Shown here in pieces: positions 1 through 9,984 of a DNA stretch of 64,000 nucleotides. Below the pieces are notes generated by a model. That model was given only the letters and a program-made list of their open reading frames with translations. It was not told the origin of the DNA and ran no database searches. This DNA is from Bacteriovoracia bacterium (GTDB taxonomy: Bacteria; Bdellovibrionota; UBA1018; CAIPTA01): NCBI GenBank assembly GCA_050246755.1, contig JBFWVL010000001.1, positions 1,472,001 through 1,536,000 of the forward strand, in the 5' to 3' direction. Position 1 is the first letter of the stretch; every line of letters begins with the position of its first letter. The position numbers and the translations under genes were made by a program.

Positions 1-1272
1 CAGGTGCTTTTCTCGCATAACGAAGAAAAAAAACTCGTGCCCGCGTCCAACGTAAAGCTGATTTCTACGATGGCGGCCCTGGAGAAAATGGGGCCGGGCT
101 ACACGTTCGAGACCAAGGTGTTCCAGAAGGGAAATGATCTGATTCTGGCGGGTAACGGGGATCCTTACCTGGTAAGCGAACGGCTCTGGCTTTTGGCCCG
201 GGCAGTGGCGCGCACGGGACTAAAACAGGTAGGGACCATTCGCGTAAACAATTCCGCGTTCAGCGAAGACTACCGCGGGCTTATGGCCTTCGAAAAAAGC
301 GGTGAGCCCTTTACCGCCATGGTTTCGGCCACTAGCTTGAATTTCAATTCGCTCGAAGTGCACGTGACGCCGTCCCTCACCGGGAATAAACCTAAAATAG
401 AGCTCGGGCCCGTTCCGCACAAATATGCGCAGCTGCGTAACGAGGTAACTCAAACCGGCGGGAGCGGAAAGGACCTGGCGATTCGTCCCGTTTCCGTGAA
501 CGGAAACCAGGAAACGTTCGTGATTTCCGGCACGATCGGGAAAAACGCGAGCCCGGTAATTCTTTACGCATCGGTGAATAATCCCGCCTCGTATATTGCG
601 CACGCGTTCGCGGCGCTTTTACGCGTGGAGGGCATTCAGGTGAAGGAAGATTTTGGGGGTTCCACTTTTGCGCCAGCCGACGGCGGTGAAAAAGTTTTAG
701 TCAGTCAAGAGGGGCCCGCTCTTCTCGATCTGGTTCGACTTCAAAATACCTTTTCTAATAACTTCATGACCGAACAAGTATTTCAGGCATTTGGCGCGTT
801 TTCCGAGGGGGGAGCGGCTTCTTTAGAGAAATCGCACCGGGCCGGAAATAAGTTTTTACGGCTCCGCGGCTCATGTCGCGATGCCACAATGGAGAATGGA
901 TCGGGACTCGCTTGGGAGACGCAAATCTCGAGCCACTGTTTTGTGGAGACATTGCAAACTAGCTATCGAGATTTTCGCGTTTTTGCCGATCTAATAGGTA
1001 GCCTTCCGGTGGGAGGGCAAACGGGCAGTTTGAAGTCGCGGTTCAAGAGAGTTGGGCCGGGTTTTGAGCCCTGGAAAGTGCGGGCCAAAACCGGCACTCT
1101 CTGGAGCAAACAGGCCGTGTCGTCGCTAGTGGGATTCACTCAATCGGCGAGCGGAGAAACGATCGTATTCTCGCTGATCGAGAACGATAAACGAAACGAT
1201 CCGGGCTTACTGCGGGGAATGAAGGATTGGGAAGATCGATGCGTGGAGCTTATGCAGCAGTTAAAGCTTTAG
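1..1272 (+). CDS. dacB: D-Ala-D-Ala carboxypeptidase/endopeptidase PBP4 (peptidase S13), 5'-truncated by window
   Basis: SxxK (PASNVKL), GNGDP, SxN (FSNN), NGSGL and KTGT motifs; frame is open to the window start. Confidence 0.9.
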   Translation, partial: QVLFSHNEEKKLVPASNVKLISTMAALEKMGPGYTFETKVFQKGNDLILAGNGDPYLVSERLWLLARAVARTGLKQVGTIRVNNSAFSEDYRGLMAFEKSGEPFTAMVSATSLNFNSLEVHVTPSLTGNKPKIELGPVPHKYAQLRNEVTQTGGSGKDLAIRPVSVNGNQETFVISGTIGKNASPVILYASVNNPASYIAHAFAALLRVEGIQVKEDFGGSTFAPADGGEKVLVSQEGPALLDLVRLQNTFSNNFMTEQVFQAFGAFSEGGAASLEKSHRAGNKFLRLRGSCRDATMENGSGLAWETQISSHCFVETLQTSYRDFRVFADLIGSLPVGGQTGSLKSRFKRVGPGFEPWKVRAKTGTLWSKQAVSSLVGFTQSASGETIVFSLIENDKRNDPGLLRGMKDWEDRCVELMQQLKL

Positions 1273-2567
1273 TTTTTCCCGCGCTTGCGCTCGCGTTTTT
1301 TTCCACCAATCTGTCCGCCGACGAAATGCTCATCATGGGGCCGCCCGTGGCTACCACCGCCCAGAACGCCGCCGCCCGCACCGTAGCCTTTCCCGCCGCC
1401 TATGGTCCCTTCCAGTTCGACGCGAAAATAGAGAAGCGTGTGTCCTTTTGGGTGAACGTGTACATGAAGTATCATTCCTGGGAGACCGTGATTCACGACG
1501 TTAAGTACCCCTGGCTCGTATACGGGGAGGTGAATACCTCGAAATCCAAAAGCGCGGCCAGCATCGAGAAGGCCCGCGTGATCGCCCTGCTGCGGCGGAC
1601 CTCGGCGAAACAGAAAGAAATCGCGGCCGGCACCATGAGCCGCGATAAGCTTCGCGCCGACGAAGAAAAAATGCTCCAGCTTTTCGAGATGCATAACTTA
1701 GTTGGTGAGCTCGCCGCTGCCGCCGACTCTAGGCGGGTACGCGGGCAGGCCGGATTAAGGGATGCTCTCGAGGATTCGCTCTTCGTCTCCGGCCGCTACC
1801 TTCCACGCATGGAAAAGGTATTCGAAAGCTTCAACCTTCCGCCCGAAATTGCCTACCTTCCCTTCGTGGAAAGTGGCTTCAATAAAAAAGCCGTCTCTAA
1901 GGTGGGCGCCTCTGGCATCTGGCAGTTCATGCCTTATACCGGGAAACTCTACCTGCGCGTGGACGAAGAGGTGGACGAACGCAACGATCCCATGCGCGCC
2001 GCCGAAGCCGCCGCTCGTCTGATGCGCCAGAACTTCGCCGCCCTCGGCTCTTGGCCCCTCGCCGTTACGGCCTACAACCACGGCACCGCCGGCATGGGCC
2101 GCGCCGTGAAAGAGGTGGGCACCACCGAGATTTCCGAGATCATCGCTAAATACGAGAGCAAGAGCTTCGGTTTTGCCTCGCAGAATTTTTATTCCTGCTT
2201 CTTGGCGGCCCTACACGTGGCGAAAAACTCCGCGCAGTACCTCGGCGAGATCCCGCGGGCGCGAAAGCTAGAATTCGATGAGTTCGTTATGCCGGACTAT
2301 GTAGATATCCACGTGCTGTTAGAAAAAATGGAAATTGAAGAGACGATGTTCCGCGAGCTAAACCCCGCGTTGACCCAGGAAGTTTACAGTGGCCGCCGCT
2401 ATATTCCCGTTGGCTATACGATCCGCGTACCGGTGGAGGCGCGCGCGAATTTCTTCGCCCGCTATGAGTCGATTCCGCCAGAACAGAAGTTTCGCGAACA
2501 GAAGAGCGTGATGGGCCCTACGCCAGCGTCGTTGGTCAGCACGGGCGCGGCCGCAAAGGCGAACTAG
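1239..2567 (+). CDS. Lytic murein transglycosylase (SLT domain, MltD-like)
   Basis: LPFVESGF catalytic Glu, SKVGASGIWQFMP, AYNHG motif; N-terminal signal peptide; start approximate. Confidence 0.88.
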   Translation: MRGAYAAVKALVFPALALAFFSTNLSADEMLIMGPPVATTAQNAAARTVAFPAAYGPFQFDAKIEKRVSFWVNVYMKYHSWETVIHDVKYPWLVYGEVNTSKSKSAASIEKARVIALLRRTSAKQKEIAAGTMSRDKLRADEEKMLQLFEMHNLVGELAAAADSRRVRGQAGLRDALEDSLFVSGRYLPRMEKVFESFNLPPEIAYLPFVESGFNKKAVSKVGASGIWQFMPYTGKLYLRVDEEVDERNDPMRAAEAAARLMRQNFAALGSWPLAVTAYNHGTAGMGRAVKEVGTTEISEIIAKYESKSFGFASQNFYSCFLAALHVAKNSAQYLGEIPRARKLEFDEFVMPDYVDIHVLLEKMEIEETMFRELNPALTQEVYSGRRYIPVGYTIRVPVEARANFFARYESIPPEQKFREQKSVMGPTPASLVSTGAAAKAN

Positions 2568-3760
2568 AGCCAATTCAATTGAAACGTAGATTTCATCAGC
2601 TGTCTGGAATCTATCCAGAACTGCCCGTTCTCGCATTCCCACGAATATTTCGGCGTGCCGGCGGCATTATGGCAGCTGGGGCCGAAGCTGTCCCTTACCA
2701 AGAAATCGCAGCTTTTGCTTTTAGGATTGAAGCGCCGGCCCACGATCACGGAGGCGTGCGCGGGGCAGGAGTAATTAAGCAAGCCGCCGGCATCGTCTCC
2801 TATTTCGTAGGCACCGATCTTTTCCTGCACGGAACCGCAGTACTGCACGCCTATCGGCTGCGCGGGCACGCGATTTAGTTTTTCGTGGGCGATTTTTTCT
2901 AGTTCGTCCACGCGGTATTCCGTAAGGTTCTCTTTGTTTCTAGGAAAGAGCTTCATGCGATTTGCCATCTGCGGTTCCGGTATTTCAGGCTGAAAAGAAT
3001 GAGCGGAGCAGAATTTCTCGAGAAATAAGCCGATGGAGGAAACGGGCATGGCCATCGCGGAGGCGGCTTTTACCGCGGCGATGATGTCTTTGGCGGGAAT
3101 CACGTTCTCCCGCGTGCGGCATTGAAAAAATTCTTCGCTGAGATCGGGGTCGGCTTTTCCGCCCAGGATGCCGGCCAGAAAGGGAAGGGGCACTGCCTGG
3201 TATTTTTTTATTTCGGCGTGAATCGCCTGGAGGAAATTGCGTTTGCTGGGATAAAGGCGGAGATCGGAGTTTTCGCCTAGGAGCTGCTTTTGTTCCTGTT
3301 CCGTAAGGCCGAAGCTGCCGTCGAACTGGTTGAGCCAGTTTTGATCGCAGACGGGCTTTTTCCCGGCGAGTCTCATGGCTTCCATCGCGTTACCCATCCC
3401 GAATATTTTGACCGGACCCGCGAACGGCATCTCCATGCGGTCGAGGGAGAGCAGTTTCATCTCGGCGTTAGCCGCCATGGCGGCGAGCGAAAGCGGGGCG
3501 GTGAGCCGCCGCGGCAGCTTTCCTTCTTGGTAGAAGCGGCGGGCATCGATGAGCTGCGAAGCTTCTACGGCGTAGCAAATTTCGGAATCGGTGGCTTCGG
3601 CGAGCGAGCGTTGGTCGTAGACCGGAATTTTGGCGAACGGGCCGTTACCTTGGTCGAGGCGCACTTCGGTGCAGTCTTTTTCTTCCAGGGCATGGGCCGC
3701 GGGCATGCTCAGCATGGAAAAAAGGAAGGCAGCTAGCAGTTGGGTAGCTTTGATTTCCAT
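2564..3760 (-). CDS. Secreted papain-like (C1-fold) cysteine peptidase-like protein
   Basis: Signal peptide ending AHA; YDQ...ICYA, HASVIVG, VRDSFG and GQFWI motifs; start moved to ATG 3760 because the ORF-track N-terminus overlaps the upstream gene and terminator. Confidence 0.6.
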   Translation of the reverse strand: MEIKATQLLAAFLFSMLSMPAAHALEEKDCTEVRLDQGNGPFAKIPVYDQRSLAEATDSEICYAVEASQLIDARRFYQEGKLPRRLTAPLSLAAMAANAEMKLLSLDRMEMPFAGPVKIFGMGNAMEAMRLAGKKPVCDQNWLNQFDGSFGLTEQEQKQLLGENSDLRLYPSKRNFLQAIHAEIKKYQAVPLPFLAGILGGKADPDLSEEFFQCRTRENVIPAKDIIAAVKAASAMAMPVSSIGLFLEKFCSAHSFQPEIPEPQMANRMKLFPRNKENLTEYRVDELEKIAHEKLNRVPAQPIGVQYCGSVQEKIGAYEIGDDAGGLLNYSCPAHASVIVGRRFNPKSKSCDFLVRDSFGPSCHNAAGTPKYSWECENGQFWIDSRQLMKSTFQLNWL

Positions 3761-3819
3761 AAGAACGAGTTCCCTCTCGGGAATTGTAGCAACGACTCCG
3801 GCACCGGCGGTAGGCAAAG

Positions 3820-3851
3820 AAAAAGGGGCGCCGATTTCTCGGCACCCCTTT
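3820..3851 (-). terminator. Intrinsic terminator after the M14 peptidase
   Basis: Minus strand reads aaaggggtgccga-gaaa-tcggcgcccctttt followed by a U-rich tail. Confidence 0.75.
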
Positions 3852-3866
3852 GAAATTTCAGAGATT

Positions 3867-5114
3867 TTATTGCCCGTAGAACAGCGTCGTCTCCGGACGT
3901 AGCGTGGCGCGGTGCGGATCATCGGCGAGGTCGAGCATATAGAGCATCGGCTTCACGTTCGCCTGGAACGTGCTCTGGATGGCGCCCACTCCGGGATAGA
4001 AACCGCCGCCGCCCCACTGGTCTTTCGGCGTGAGTTCGAAGGTGAAGGCGAAGATGCCGAGGGTGCCGTAGGCCCAGTCGGTGGTGTCGCCGCTGGTGAT
4101 ATAGAGGTCGCTCGATTGTTCGGGGGTATAGCCGTTCCAGCCAGCCATGGTGGTTGCCATTTTCTTAAACGTATCGTGGTCGGCGGCATTCGCGATCGGA
4201 TCGTTGGTGTAGCCCCAGGGGTAGAGCACGAGCTCGCTGTAGGAGTGGAGGGTAAGCAACACTTTAAGGTTCGGGTGGCCTTCCACGAAATTCTTCACGG
4301 CGATGGTCTCGGGCTCGCTAAAAGCTTTGGGGCCCATATAGATGTCGGAGCAGGTGTCGCTGGAGCTTCCTCCGGTTCCCCATTTAAAGCCGTAGTTGCG
4401 GTTCAAGTCCGTTCCGGCGCAACGGGCGGTGGGGTTCACGCGGTTTTTACGCCACATTTTATAGGAGCCGCTGGCGATATCGTATTCGGCACCATCCACG
4501 TTAAGCATGGGGATTACGAAGAAATCGCGGCGGTCGAGGAGGTCGCGTACGGCGCGATCGGTGTCGTATTTTTCTACCAAGTATTTAGCGAAGAGGATGG
4601 GGACTTCCACCGAGAGGTGTTCGCGGGCGTGGTGGGCGCCGATGAGTACCATGCCGGGAAGGCCGGAGGGGGTGAGGCCGTCGGTGGCGTGCGGATTGAT
4701 ACGGATCCCGCGGATGAACTTGCCTTCCACGGTGCGGCCGATAGTGAAGCTATGCACGAGGGTGGGGTTTTTCGCTTCGAGGGCATCGAGCTCTTCGTTC
4801 ATTTCGGCGTAATTATGGAACTGGGAGTCTTGGGAGGGAAAGTCTTCGGTGCGGATTTCGGATTCAGGGAAGTAGGAGAGCACTTCAAAGCCTTTAGCTT
4901 TGAGGGACTCGATCATTTTGAGAGTGCCGAAGCCGTAACTGATGCCATCGATCTGGGTTTCGATCGAAACGCCTTCGTTTACGATGGCCGAACGAACGGT
5001 TTTGTCCTTAGCGCGGATTGAGACCCACTGCATTTCGTTTTCGTTTGTTTCCGCCCTGGCCGTGGCGATTAGGAATGTGAAAATGGTTACTATGGCTAAC
5101 GAAAGCTTCAGCAT
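3867..5114 (-). CDS. Secreted zinc carboxypeptidase (M14, carboxypeptidase T-like)
   Basis: HHAREH, WRKNR, DLNRNY, SEPET, LHSY and FTFEL motifs; AAGGAGG upstream of ATG 5114. Confidence 0.92.
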   Translation of the reverse strand: MLKLSLAIVTIFTFLIATARAETNENEMQWVSIRAKDKTVRSAIVNEGVSIETQIDGISYGFGTLKMIESLKAKGFEVLSYFPESEIRTEDFPSQDSQFHNYAEMNEELDALEAKNPTLVHSFTIGRTVEGKFIRGIRINPHATDGLTPSGLPGMVLIGAHHAREHLSVEVPILFAKYLVEKYDTDRAVRDLLDRRDFFVIPMLNVDGAEYDIASGSYKMWRKNRVNPTARCAGTDLNRNYGFKWGTGGSSSDTCSDIYMGPKAFSEPETIAVKNFVEGHPNLKVLLTLHSYSELVLYPWGYTNDPIANAADHDTFKKMATTMAGWNGYTPEQSSDLYITSGDTTDWAYGTLGIFAFTFELTPKDQWGGGGFYPGVGAIQSTFQANVKPMLYMLDLADDPHRATLRPETTLFYGQ

Positions 5115-5194
5115 GAATCTCTCCTCCTTGGAGCGTGTTACAAAGTGTCTAACGCTTACAGTGTAGACAAAACTATGAGATAACAAATTCCTAA

Positions 5195-6193
5195 ATGGCC
5201 CCTGACAGACAATATCAGCATGTTTCGGTTTTATTGAGCGAGTCGACCGCCCCCCTTGTAGAAAGTAAAGGGCTGGTGCTCGTGGATTGCACTTTGGGCG
5301 GTGGGGGCCACACGGAAGCGTTGCTGCGCGGGAAGCCTTCGGCCCAAGTAGTCGCCTTCGATCGCGATAAAGCCATGATCGATAAGGCCGCGATTCGTTT
5401 TCGAGAAGAAATTGCTTCGGGCCGCCTGCGTTTGGTTCATGGGAACTATGGATCTATCCGCCAGCGCTTAGCCGAGTTCGGGATTCACGCGGTAGACGGA
5501 ATTCTCGTGGATGCGGGAGTGAGCTCTTTTCAGATCGACGAGCCGGAAAGAGGTTTTTCTTTCACTAAAGCAGGGCCGCTCGATATGCGGATGGACCAGT
5601 CGCAACCGCTCACCGCGTACCAGCTGGTGAATGAGTGGCCGCGGCAAGAGCTGGAAAAGATTCTCTACGACTACGGCGAAGAGCGTTTCGCCCGGAAAAT
5701 TGTATCGCGGATTCTCGATGAGCGCAGCAAAGCGCCGATAACCGATACGCTCGCGCTCGCGCGTATCGTGGAAAACTGCTTGCCTAGGGCGCGGGGCCCG
5801 CAAAAAGGCAGTCATCCTGCCACGCGCGTATTTCAGGCCCTTCGCATCGCGGTGAACGACGAGCTCGGTGACCTAAAGCTGCTTTTGAACGAAATTCCGT
5901 CGATTTTAAATCCTGGTGGCGTGTTTTCCGCGATCGCGTTTCACTCCCTCGAGGATCGCCTGATCAAGGAAAGGCTGAAATACCTTGCGGCCGGCTGTGT
6001 TTGCCCGCCCACGATTTTTTCCTGCGCCCGCTGCGGCAAGGCCCCGGGATTTTTACTCCAGAAGAAGCCTATCACGGCTAGCGAGAAGGAATTAGAGGCG
6101 AATCCACGCTCACGGAGTGCAAAGCTCCGTGTATTCGTGCGAAACTCAGAGGAGATTTTGCAACCGGCGGTGAGGGTGGATGGCCAGCAATAA
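5195..6193 (+). CDS. rsmH: 16S rRNA m4C1402 methyltransferase
   Basis: DCTLGGGGH, GVSSFQID, GPLDMRMD, FHSLEDR and NPRSRSAKLR motifs; first gene of dcw cluster. Confidence 0.97.
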   Translation: MAPDRQYQHVSVLLSESTAPLVESKGLVLVDCTLGGGGHTEALLRGKPSAQVVAFDRDKAMIDKAAIRFREEIASGRLRLVHGNYGSIRQRLAEFGIHAVDGILVDAGVSSFQIDEPERGFSFTKAGPLDMRMDQSQPLTAYQLVNEWPRQELEKILYDYGEERFARKIVSRILDERSKAPITDTLALARIVENCLPRARGPQKGSHPATRVFQALRIAVNDELGDLKLLLNEIPSILNPGGVFSAIAFHSLEDRLIKERLKYLAAGCVCPPTIFSCARCGKAPGFLLQKKPITASEKELEANPRSRSAKLRVFVRNSEEILQPAVRVDGQQ

Positions 6194-6464
6194 CAAAGGC
6201 GGAACGTTACGGATCATGCTCGTGCTCACGGGAATCACCGTGGTCACCTTATTTTTCGTGTGGACGCGGCTGCAGAATATCCGTTTGCGGCGCGAAGGTG
6301 GGCGCCTGAAACAGCGCGAGCAGGAAGTGCTGCTCGAGAATAATCGCCTAAAACTGGAGTGGGCCCGCCTGGTTTCCCCTAAACGCCTTGAAGAACTGGG
6401 CCAAGAAAAATACAATCTAAAGAGACCCCGTCCTGAACAAGTGGTGGTTCTCAGCGAACCCTAA
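6180..6464 (+). CDS. ftsL: Cell division protein FtsL
   Basis: Single TM followed by coiled coil; lies between rsmH and ftsI. Confidence 0.85.
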   Translation: MASNNKGGTLRIMLVLTGITVVTLFFVWTRLQNIRLRREGGRLKQREQEVLLENNRLKLEWARLVSPKRLEELGQEKYNLKRPRPEQVVVLSEP

Positions 6465-6480
6465 ATGCCCGTGAGCGTAA

Positions 6481-8439
6481 ATGGATAAGAATTTTCGAAT
6501 TCGCCTAGGCGTATGCCTGCTTTTGATCGGTGCGCTCGGCGCCGGCGTGATGGTGCGCGCGGCTCTGCTCATGCTGGTTCCTTCCGATCGCTTAAGCACC
6601 GCGATGAATCGACAGTTCCGCACCGAGCCTCCTCGGTTACCCCGCCGCGGCTATATTTTGGATCGCAATAAAGAGCCGATCGCCGTGAGCATGGACGTGA
6701 AATCTCTCTTCGTGAATCCGGGCAAAGTGAAAAACAAAGCTCAACTCGCCGCCAATCTCAGCCGCATCCTGAGCATGCCGGCCTCTCAGCTTCGGAGCAA
6801 ACTGAAGAGCGATCGAGGCTTCGTGTGGCTAAAGCGCCAGCTGAGCGAATCTGAGCTTGCGGCCGTGGAAGACATGCTCGACAAGCATCCCGCCCTCACG
6901 CTTTCGCTGGGCCTTAGCAAAGAAAGCAAGCGTTTCTATCCTAACCAAAGCCTAGCGGCGCAGGCGCTCGGATTCACCGGCCTTGATTCGAATGGCCTCG
7001 AGGGCATAGAGCTTTTCTACGAGAAAGACCTCGCGGGCGAGAGCGATCCAAAAAAATATTCCGATGGGCGCTCCCTGGTGCTCACGATTGATAAGGCCCT
7101 GCAATATACCCTTGAAGAAGAGCTCGCACAGGGTCTGAAAGAAGTAGGCGGAATCGCCGCCACCGGCATCATCATGGACGCCGAAAACGGCGACATCATC
7201 GCGATGGCCTCTTCTCCTTCCTTCAATGCAAACCGTTTCGGCGGATCTACCGCCGACGCGCGCCGCAACCGCAGCGTGACCGATACCTTCGAGCCCGGGT
7301 CTACCCTAAAATCCATCGTGGTAGCGGGAGCGCTGGAAGACGGGGTGATCACGCCGAAGACGAAAGTATTCTGCGAGTACGGCCGGATGCAGATCGGCAA
7401 GCACTGGATCAACGAATCGGAAGCCAAGGACAAATGGGGCTGGCTGCGCATCGGGGAAGTGCTGCAGAAATCTTCCAACGTGGGTGCCACGAAGATCGGC
7501 TTCCTCTATGGCGCCAATAATATTTTCAATTGGCTGAAGAAAATGGGCATCACCGAAAAATCCGGTATCGATTTGCCCGGCGAGATGTCCGGATCCCTGG
7601 TGCGTCCCGAGAAATGGTCGAAGATCACGCAGAGCAATATTTCCTTCGGGCACGGTATCTCGGTTACGCCGCTGCAAATCGTGCGGGCCTACGCCGCCAT
7701 CGCCAATGGCGGCCTTCTCGTGAAGCCCCGTCTCGTAAAACAACTTTATACCTTCGAGGGTGAAATGCAGGCCGAGCTCAAGCCGGCGGCTCCCGTGCGG
7801 GTGATGAAGAAGCAGACCGCCGATATGGTGGCTACGATGCTCGAAGCAGTGGCCACCGAAGACGGCACGGCACCTAAGGCGGCAATTCCGGGATTCGTGG
7901 TGGTAGGAAAAACAGGTACCGCGCAGAAGCCGATTCCCGGCAAGGGATATAAATCAGGGAAATACATGTCGAGCTTCGTGGGCTTTGCCCGTGGGGTAAA
8001 ACCCAACTACGTGGGCTTTATTCTGATCGATGAGCCCAAATATCCTTACTACGGCGGAGAAACCGCGGCTCCGATTTTCCGGCGCGTGCTCACCGCCGCT
8101 CTCGCGCGTGAGGGAGTTTCGCCGGATCCCGAGCTCGTGAAACCTGAGTTCAGGATCGGAAAGAAAAACGGTTCTCCCCAGCAATCGGAAAGAATCGTCG
8201 CCGTGGCCGCGGCGCCGGTAGCCCCCAAAGATCTTGCCCGCGCCGACGATTACTGGATGATGCCCAATCTCGCCGGCCTCACCGCCCGCGATGCTATGGA
8301 TCTGTTCAGCAATAAGGATTTACAGCTCCAGCTGCGCGGCTCCGGTCTGGTAAAAACTCAGCGTCCTCCCGCCGGCGCGCTGCTGAAAAAGGGCGATGTC
8401 ATTTCGCTCCGCCTCGAGCGAGACACCGCACTTCCATGA
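6481..8439 (+). CDS. ftsI: Division transpeptidase PBP3 with C-terminal PASTA domain
   Basis: RGYILDRN, EPGSTLK, KSSN and GKTGTAQK motifs; MPNLAGLT PASTA start. Confidence 0.95.
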   Translation: MDKNFRIRLGVCLLLIGALGAGVMVRAALLMLVPSDRLSTAMNRQFRTEPPRLPRRGYILDRNKEPIAVSMDVKSLFVNPGKVKNKAQLAANLSRILSMPASQLRSKLKSDRGFVWLKRQLSESELAAVEDMLDKHPALTLSLGLSKESKRFYPNQSLAAQALGFTGLDSNGLEGIELFYEKDLAGESDPKKYSDGRSLVLTIDKALQYTLEEELAQGLKEVGGIAATGIIMDAENGDIIAMASSPSFNANRFGGSTADARRNRSVTDTFEPGSTLKSIVVAGALEDGVITPKTKVFCEYGRMQIGKHWINESEAKDKWGWLRIGEVLQKSSNVGATKIGFLYGANNIFNWLKKMGITEKSGIDLPGEMSGSLVRPEKWSKITQSNISFGHGISVTPLQIVRAYAAIANGGLLVKPRLVKQLYTFEGEMQAELKPAAPVRVMKKQTADMVATMLEAVATEDGTAPKAAIPGFVVVGKTGTAQKPIPGKGYKSGKYMSSFVGFARGVKPNYVGFILIDEPKYPYYGGETAAPIFRRVLTAALAREGVSPDPELVKPEFRIGKKNGSPQQSERIVAVAAAPVAPKDLARADDYWMMPNLAGLTARDAMDLFSNKDLQLQLRGSGLVKTQRPPAGALLKKGDVISLRLERDTALP

Positions 8440-9902
8440 GAAAAATTACGCTGGTGGAGCTTTTGCCAAATAGCTCCGCCCCCGACGTGAAAGTTACTGG
8501 CTTGCACTATGATTCCCGGAGAGTTGAGCCTGGTTTCGTTTTTTTCGCCGTGCCCGGCTTCAAAGAGGACGGCGCCAAGTACGTTCCCGCCGCTTTCGCC
8601 AATGGCGCCGTGGCCGCAGTGGTGGAAAAGGGCGCCGCAGTGCCGGCGGAATTCCGCGATCGTTGCCAAGAAGTGGACGGCGTGCGCCGGGCGCTCGCTG
8701 AAGCGGCCGCGGCATTCTACGAATTTCCCGCCCAGCGCTTGGCGCTTTTCGGCGTGACCGGCACCAAGGGAAAAACGAGCTCCACATATTTGCTGGAAGC
8801 GGTGCTGAGAGAATCGGGGAAAAAGACCGCGCTCGTGGGGGGCGTGCAATGCTGGCATCCCGGCGCTCGTTTCGATTCGAAGCTGACCACGATGGAATCC
8901 CTGGATCTGCAAAAATTTCTCTCCGACGCGGTGAACGCCGGTGCCGAAGTGGCGGTGCTGGAAGTTTCTTCCCACGCTCTTTCCCTCGACCGCGTGTGGG
9001 GTTGCCACTTCCAGGGTGTGCTATTCACAAATCTTTACGAAGACCATCTCGATTTCTACGGTTCTATGGATCCCTACTTCGCCGCTAAAAAGCTTCTCTT
9101 CGACGAGCCCTATCGCGGGTCTGGCACCGTGGCGGTGGCCAACCTCGATTCGATTTACGGGACACGGCTCGTGGCGGAGTGCCCGGGGAAATGGAATACC
9201 TTCGGAAAAAATAAGGGTGATTTTCCGGTAACCCATTCGGAATATAGCGAAGCGGGAGTCAGGCTGGAAATCGATGCCGGTCCGGGAGGAAAAGTGAAGG
9301 TCGATTCCCAGCTCTTCGGGGCCTTCAACGAGCAAAACGTGGCGGGAGTGGCCGTGCTCGCCCTCGCGCTTGGTTATCCAGTAGAAACCATTCAGCGGGG
9401 GATCGCTTCTCTAGCGGCGGTTCCGGGACGCGTGGAACGCGTGCCCACGTCGTTACCCTTTTCGGTATTCGTCGATTACGCCCACATGGGCCCCGCGCTG
9501 GAAAACGTGCTCACTTCTCTCCGGCCTTTTTGCAAAGGAGCGTTATCGGTAGTGGTGGGCGCCGGGGGCGATCGGCCCCCAGAAAGAAGAACGGGCCTGG
9601 GGGCGGCGGCAGCTAAGCTGGCCGATTTCACCGTGATCACCTCCGACAATCCCCGCACCGAGGATCCCCGTAAAATTATTTCGGCCGTGGAAAAAGCATT
9701 TCTCGATGCGGGCGGGGGCCTTTACCAGATAGAACCAGACCGGCGCGCCGCCATTCGCCTCGCCTTGCAGAAAGCAAAGCCTGGCGACATTATCTGCATC
9801 GCGGGCAAGGGCCACGAAAGCGGGCAAACCATCGGCACGAAAACCATGCCTTTCGACGACCGCGTGGAAGCGGCCGCGGCGCTACGAGACCTCGAGGCCT
9901 AG
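8436..9902 (+). CDS. murE: UDP-MurNAc-tripeptide synthetase (meso-DAP type)
   Basis: GTKGKTS, EVSSH, DHLDF, DYAH, DNPR (DAP-specific) and AGKGHE motifs. Confidence 0.96.
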   Translation: MRKITLVELLPNSSAPDVKVTGLHYDSRRVEPGFVFFAVPGFKEDGAKYVPAAFANGAVAAVVEKGAAVPAEFRDRCQEVDGVRRALAEAAAAFYEFPAQRLALFGVTGTKGKTSSTYLLEAVLRESGKKTALVGGVQCWHPGARFDSKLTTMESLDLQKFLSDAVNAGAEVAVLEVSSHALSLDRVWGCHFQGVLFTNLYEDHLDFYGSMDPYFAAKKLLFDEPYRGSGTVAVANLDSIYGTRLVAECPGKWNTFGKNKGDFPVTHSEYSEAGVRLEIDAGPGGKVKVDSQLFGAFNEQNVAGVAVLALALGYPVETIQRGIASLAAVPGRVERVPTSLPFSVFVDYAHMGPALENVLTSLRPFCKGALSVVVGAGGDRPPERRTGLGAAAAKLADFTVITSDNPRTEDPRKIISAVEKAFLDAGGGLYQIEPDRRAAIRLALQKAKPGDIICIAGKGHESGQTIGTKTMPFDDRVEAAAALRDLEA

Positions 9903-9949
9903 TTTATACATCCCGCAGCATTTCTGCTTTTTTCAGCGCTTCTAAGGGG

Positions 9950-9979
9950 TTGACACGCCCCTCGGAAATTGACCAAGAT
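9950..9979 (+). promoter_or_regulatory. Candidate sigma70 promoter before mraY
   Basis: TTGACA at 9950-9955, 18-nt spacer, CAAGAT at 9974-9979. Confidence 0.4.
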
Positions 9980-9984
9980 ACAAA

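Noticed and set aside
3912-5021. Long antisense ORFs (also 15059-15985, 28161-29087 and 47752-48855)
   Set aside because: Shadows of well-supported genes in GC-rich codon usage, with no recognisable motifs
5990-6040. CxC...CxxC insert in RsmH
   Set aside because: A common variant in many RsmH proteins
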